Shown here: in pieces, positions 38,947 through 44,225 of the stretch | How the letters are laid out: every line of letters starts with the position of its first letter | Position numbering within the stretch: position 1 is the stretch's first letter | Assembly (NCBI GenBank): GCA_051453625.1 | Contig: JBOZIK010000001.1 | Coordinates: 35,122,661 to 35,166,885 of the forward strand | Direction of reading: 5' to 3' | Source: Welwitschia mirabilis | Lineage: Eukaryota | Length of the DNA stretch: 44,225 nt | Translations under genes and position numbers: made by a program | Notes under the pieces: generated by a model | Databases searched by the model: none | What the model was told of the DNA's origin: nothing | Seen by the model: only the letters and a program-made list of their open reading frames with translations

Positions 38947-39470
38947 CTTAGTAAATCTACTCTATCAAGTTCTTTTATTAACTAAGTGAATTTATTAGTT
39001 AGTTGATTTAAGTATTTTTTTAATTTGATGAATCTTAAGTACATCAAGTCCTTACTTTGATTAATATTAAGTGCACTAAGTCCCTACCTTTCATGCTTAT
39101 TTTAAGGCTGCAAAGGATTAAAAACTTTTGAATTCATCAATCCCTCATATGGTGAATGAGATTATGTCATCATAACCAAAGTTATCATTACTTAATAGTT
39201 TAAAGTATGTTTCAAGAAGATGTAAAACCTCATCAAAATGAATAAGTGCTAGTGGATGAATAGGGTGAACCCTTGACGCTTACTTGCTTCACTACTCCAA
39301 TCAAATTTTTCATAAATATTCAACTCTCTTCTTTTTTCTTTTCTTTTGTGGCTTATAACATAAGAAATATTATGTAGTTTATATTTATTTAACTATAATT
39401 ATCCTTGTGAAAGAATACTACTGAGTGTTAACTAAATTTAAATTTGGTTCATTTACTAAAATAAAAAATA
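38947..39470 (+). repeat. Terminal part of the element C 3' LTR
   Basis: Colinear with ~33510-33995. Confidence 0.85.
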
Positions 39471-39689
39471 ATGGTGTTGATGTTATTTGCTGAAATTTCT
39501 TTAGTTTATGCAATTTTCTTCATAAGGTAGTAATAAACCTACTTATGTTAGGAAAAAGTTAATATTTACATGAAATATAATAAAAAGAAAAGAATACATT
39601 ATTTTATAATAGAATAATAAATTTAATGTTCCATCTTATGGAAAATTAATCAACTATAGTTGCTTGGAATGTCAATTCTTACATGTAAA

Positions 39690-41085
39690 CATGAAGCTTA
39701 ACTACACAAATTACACCATATGAAAGATGAGGATGAAGGATTTTCTAATAGATCAAGTCCTTAAAGATTATCAAAATGAAAGTATTTTCACAAAGAAAGA
39801 TGAAGATTCATGCTTCACTAGACTTATCATATTTATAAATATGAGGAATGAAGTTTATCCTATTGTTTACAAGAGCAAGTATCCTAAAGAACATTGGAAC
39901 ATAATAGACATCTTTTAACTTATGATTGCATAGTAAAAATAGTCATTGATTTGTGAACTCTTCACAATCAAACTTAAAGATCATAAAGAAATAATCAAGA
40001 AATAATCAAAAATTGGGAACATATTGCTAAGATTGATGAAGAAATAATCAATTCCATCTTACTTAAGGTATTTCAATTAAACTTTAAGACATTTCTTAAA
40101 GTATTAAAGCATGATAATGAAACCTATTCATTTGAATAAGTAATGAAAAAAGTCCATCAAGTTAAAATAGAAATAAAAATAAGTGAAGACAAACTAAGCA
40201 TAATTCTTACTACATCTAATAAATGCATGAAGCAAAAATACACAAGATTTAAATTTTGTAAGTTCTATAGTAAGATGATCTACCACTTCTAGTGTCATTC
40301 ATTGAAGAACAGAAAAAATTCTTAGAGGAAGAAGAAGTAAAATAAGAATAAAAAAGAGAATAAGGACAAAAATTTTGAAACCACAATCATAAGTAATGAT
40401 GTGGGTCATTAAGAATAATTTTTAGCAATCTCTGTAAGTGATAAAGAAAAACGGTTCATAGACTCAAGAGTAGTAAGTTATATAACTAATAGTAAATAAT
40501 GGTTTATGAAACTTGGTTCAATCTTGGATAGCATCATTAAAAACAAAATCATTAGTGACAAAATGAATCTAAGAATAAATTAGGTAGAAATTATAAATCT
40601 ATCATTCTTCATCTTAATTTAAACCCTTTACATTTCCAAAATCAAGATGAAATTAATATTAGTTACTTTAAGACAGATTTGAAGCTAAATTTAGTAAGAA
40701 GAAGAATAAGATATGTTGTATCATAAAAGTAAGTTATAATGATAGAATATTTCTTTTACAAATGACATAAACCAATCAAAAATCCTTTTTAGTTATCAAA
40801 AAATATGAAATAATGCTTTAGCACTAGAGGGTAAGTCATGCAAGCCTTAGACTTATTAGAAAATTACACCAAGTTAATAAAGAAATTCTAAAACATAACA
40901 CTAGAATACTATTTTGTGAATTCTATAAGATGGTTAAAAAACACTTTAAGTCATTTCAAAATAAAAAAATTAAGATAAAAATAAGCGTGAAGCTTAAATT
41001 AATCCATAGTAAGTTGTGTGAAACATTACCTATTTCATTTTTAAAACACTAAAAATACTTTATCACTTTTGTCAATTACTGATAA
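39690..41085 (+). pseudogene. gag-pol: Degenerate Ty1/copia gag-protease-integrase, truncated in the integrase core
   Basis: TNYTI*KMRMKDFLIDQ (includes ORF 39727-39918); protease RFIDSRVVSYITNSK*WF (from 40452; cf. WxxDSGASxHMT); L*H*R..HAS pre-integrase motif (~40815); LKLIHSKLCETLPISFLKH*KYFITFVNY (from 40993; cf. LELIHSDLCGP...YFITFIDD). Confidence 0.9.
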
Positions 41086-41934
41086 CATGTAAGGATTGAA
41101 ATTTACATCAAGTAATTAAAGCCTTATTAGAATGATTAATTGATTATAATGATGTTTTTATGTGTTTATTATGCTTAAGAAGAGGAAGAGATAGTTTTAC
41201 TAATCACCTATCTTAGAAGTGGTGACAACTCTAGTTCTAGGAGTGAAAGCACTGGTTATTATAATTAGAATGGTAACATATTTTTATCATCTCTCTTGAT
41301 GCAAGCAATCCATTCTAGTTACTTCAATAAGTAGAAGATAAAAAAGGAATATTTTCTATGAATAATCCCTTACTTTGGCCTCATAACTAAAGGATAACCT
41401 TGTACAGTTTAAAAATTGTAAACAATAGCTTAATTAGTCCCTAAATTCTAATTCTAGCATATAAATACCCTACCTCAATTCATTTGAAGAATATCATATC
41501 ATTTTTATATTATAAATATATTAAAGTTTTATTTATGAGTTCTTTCTAAGCTTTCCATAGGAATGTGTTAGCTACTAAGCTATCATGATACTTCTTGGAT
41601 TATCATAATTACATTCATAGATTATATACATTTACTTTTATAATAATAAAGTGTTTTACATTATTGATGCATTACTTTAATATCAAGTTTTGATGGATCT
41701 CTTACTATTATTATTAGGATTGCCAAAGTATGATTTTACTTTAACATTTTTTTGGCGATTCTCTTTTTCATTCTATCTTAAATAACCTAAATGCTTATTT
41801 GATGTATTTTAGAACACTCCTCCTTTCCATGCTTATTTTATTCATGCTGTGAAAACTAGGTGCTTAAGTATATCACCCTCATGTCTATGATAAATGAAAT
41901 TATACCATTATGCTTCATCTATAACCACATGGGT

Positions 41935-42210
41935 TGTAATAACTCAAACTTCTACTATTGAAAATACTTTAAAACTTGCTTTAATGCTCTAATACCAGAA
42001 TGAAAAGGCTAAATGTTCTACAGTTGAAAATCTTCATACACTTGATGCTCTGATACCAAAATGAAATGTTCAATAATTTCTAATGTTGGAAAAAAAAATT
42101 TCAATTCAAATCTCCCTTAAATTTATTAGCTCTGATACCAAATGATACATCCAGTATTAATAGTTGAAGACTTCGATAGCTCTTTATACTTACACCAAAA
42201 TGTAATATTT
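41935..42210 (-). repeat. Tandem array of LTR-end / tRNA-iMet PBS junction units
   Basis: Plus-strand GCTCTAATACCA (41986-41997), GCTCTGATACCA (42047-42058 and 42129-42140) and a disrupted copy (42179-42197), each followed by 2-3 nt and then TG. Confidence 0.85.
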
Positions 42211-43198
42211 AATGAAATAATCATCTTCTATAAAAAGATCTTAAGATAATGGGTGGACTCAATGATGAAGTTTAATTTAAAATACTATTTAGGATATTTC
42301 ATTTTATTAGCTAAACATTTTTATGGATACACTTAATTTAATATTAATGTTTAGTATGTGTAAGTTTACCTANNNNNNNNNNNNNNNNNNNNNNNNNNNN
42401 NNNNNNNNNNNNNNNNNNNNNNNNNNNNNNNNNNNNNNNNNNNNNNNNNNNNNNNNNNNNNNNNNNNNNNNNNNNNNNNNNNNNNNNNNNNNNNNNNNNN
42501 NNNNNNNNNNNNNNNNNNNNNNNNNNNNNNNNNNNNNNNNNNNNNNNNNNNNNNNNNNNNNNNNNNNNNNNNNNNNNNNNNNNNNNNNNNNNNNNNNNNN
42601 NNNNNNNNNNNNNNNNNNNNNNNNNNNNNNNNNNNNNNNNNNNNNNNNNNNNNNNNNNNNNNNNNNNNNNNNNNNNNNNNNNNNNNNNNNNNNNNNNNNN
42701 NNNNNNNNNNNNNNNNNNNNNNNNNNNNNNNNNNNNNNNNNNNNNNNNNNNNNNNNNNNNNNNNNNNNNNNNNNNNNNNNNNNNNNNNNNNNNNNNNNNN
42801 NNNNNNNNNNNNNNNNNNNNNNNNNNNNNNNNNNNNNNNNNNNNNNNNNNNNNNNNNNNNNNNNNNNNNNNNNNNNNNNNNNNNNNNNNNNNNNNNNNNN
42901 NNNNNNNNNNNNNNNNNNNNNNNNNNNNNNNNNNNNNNNNNNNNNNNNNNNNNNNNNNNNNNNNNNNNNNNNNNNNNNNNNNNNNNNNNNNNNNNNNNNN
43001 NNNNNNNNNNNNNNNNNNNNNNNNNNNNNNNNNNNNNNNNNNNNNNNNNNNNNNNNNNNNNNNNNNNNNNNNNNNNNNNNNNNNNNNNNNNNNNNNNNNN
43101 NNNNNNNNNNNNNNNNNNNNNNNNNNNNNNNNNNNNNNNNNNNNNNNNNNNNNNNNNNNNNNNNNNNNNNNNNNNNNNNNNNNNNNNNNNNNNNNNNN

Positions 43199-44225
43199 AT
43201 ATGAAAATTTTAATTTCATTACTACTTGGAGTTATCCACAAAAGAATTCTTAATAATAACCATTATGCCTCCACTAAGAATGGATCTTATGACCTGTGTA
43301 AGGAGAACTAACTTACTTAATCAATGCGCCATGGAGGATGAACTTGAAATAAATTAAAAACGAAATATTATCTATCATTGGAGATGCAAGTAAGGTGAGG
43401 TTTTACTTTACCCAAACAGCACTGAAATTCGATTGAATGAATGGTAATGGTAATCACATGCATGAATGGAAGGCGAGCAATGCAGATCATAGTGTACTGA
43501 AACTACCACAGAGATGAATCACCTAAAGAAATGCACTATCAGAGAATTTCAAAAAAAAAACAATGCGTCTGCAGGAAGAATTGGCTAGAGAAGAGGATGA
43601 GTGAAATGTTTTCTTTTCTGAAGATTTGGCTCATTTTGTTGAAGCTAAAGGGAGTTACAAGGTGCAGTTTGTCAAAAGATTACAAAATGAAATGCTTGTA
43701 CAAGAAAGAAATGGAAAATGCTCCAAAAGAATACACGTTTCAAGGGTTTTGATGGGTAAAATAAAACTAATTTAATACATTTTAGGACTGGCGTTTCTTA
43801 GGGCTTGAAGAGGCATTTTTCAGAAACAATGTTTCAAACAAGAGCGTTTTGAAATGGCATACATCCATACCTAACATTTTACAACCTGTCCATTTCTCCC
43901 ATTTCTCCTATGAGGTTCAACATAGATCTGAAATGGAGTGTTGGAGTTTCGTAATGGCAAGATGGAGCTATGAAACGCTTAGCAAAAAAACCTATTTCTT
44001 ATGTTTATCAGCTATCTTAGATTTTAGTTTAAGTAGTAACGCTTTTCATTTAACAAATAAGTTAATAGAGTAGTGGTAGGAGGCAAGTACGAAAAAAGAA
44101 AGGGTAGGGGTTTGAATCTCATTATGAATGAAATGGCTCTTAAGTTTCAATAATTATCATTCTCTCTTCCCAATAAATCTAACTTAAGATTTTAATTTGA
44201 ATTTAAAGGAATATACTAAATAATC
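43199..44225. other. CpG-retaining low-copy-like non-coding DNA (possible gene flank, UTR or intron)
   Basis: About 12 CpG in 1 kb versus about 2 per kb counted in 15600-21000; higher GC; no similarity seen to repeats in this window. Confidence 0.5.

Noticed and set aside
39472-39484. TGGTGTTGATGTT as a PBS after the element C 3' LTR
   Set aside because: It could be a decayed tRNA-Asp or tRNA-Met PBS or chance. No matching TSD (ACCAC versus ATGGT) settles it.
41935-42210. CRISPR array interpretation of the repeat-spacer pattern
   Set aside because: The repeat is only 12 nt and equals the tRNA-iMet PBS, spacers are mutually related, there are no cas genes, and the context is eukaryotic TE DNA.
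1-42372. Fungal RIP as the cause of the AT-richness, and any species assignment
   Set aside because: The element lineages (Athila, Sirevirus-like) and PBS types are plant-specific, so methylation-driven deamination is sufficient. The species cannot be determined from this sequence alone.
43455-43500. Possible miRNA (TGGAAGGCGAGCAATGCAGA loosely like miR528) or C/D snoRNA
   Set aside because: The match needs several indels, and I see no convincing hairpin partner or canonical box C/D pair.
43531-44073. ORFs 43531-43752 and 43849-44073 as host genes
   Set aside because: Short, no recognisable domain, and composition typical of chance ORFs.

Overview
Very AT-rich, CpG-depleted plant-type DNA from a gapped draft scaffold (seven N gaps). 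I found no intact protein-coding or RNA gene. Most ORF-track entries are N-run artefacts or chance ORFs; the recognisable ones are retroelement fragments. Bases ~1-42372 are nested, ancient, heavily decayed LTR retrotransposons: (i) about seven copies or fragments of one ~1.2-1.3 kb Athila-type Ty3/gypsy LTR (inferred ends TGTTGT...ACAACA, decayed tRNA-Asp PBS), including one element with gag-protease-RT and env-like ORF2 relics (5675-13391) and a non-autonomous element (13672-21925 plus 38507-38946); (ii) a second Athila-like family with ~1.35 kb LTRs (32646-39470); (iii) a Sirevirus-like Ty1/copia relic (27941-29737); (iv) another copia gag-protease-integrase relic (39690-41085). LTR pieces, a target-site duplication and gap-flanking overlaps indicate that blocks 13536-21925 and 21926-38406 are swapped in this assembly. 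The most unusual local structure is a tandem array of LTR-end/tRNA-iMet primer-binding-site junctions at 41935-42210, with the PBS words conserved amid divergent spacers. The region shows pervasive C>T/G>A decay, including a palindrome TCGTCCGGACGA that decays symmetrically to TCATCTAGATGA. The last kb (43199-44225) retains CpG and looks like non-TE low-copy DNA. All alignments were done by eye, so boundaries are approximate.
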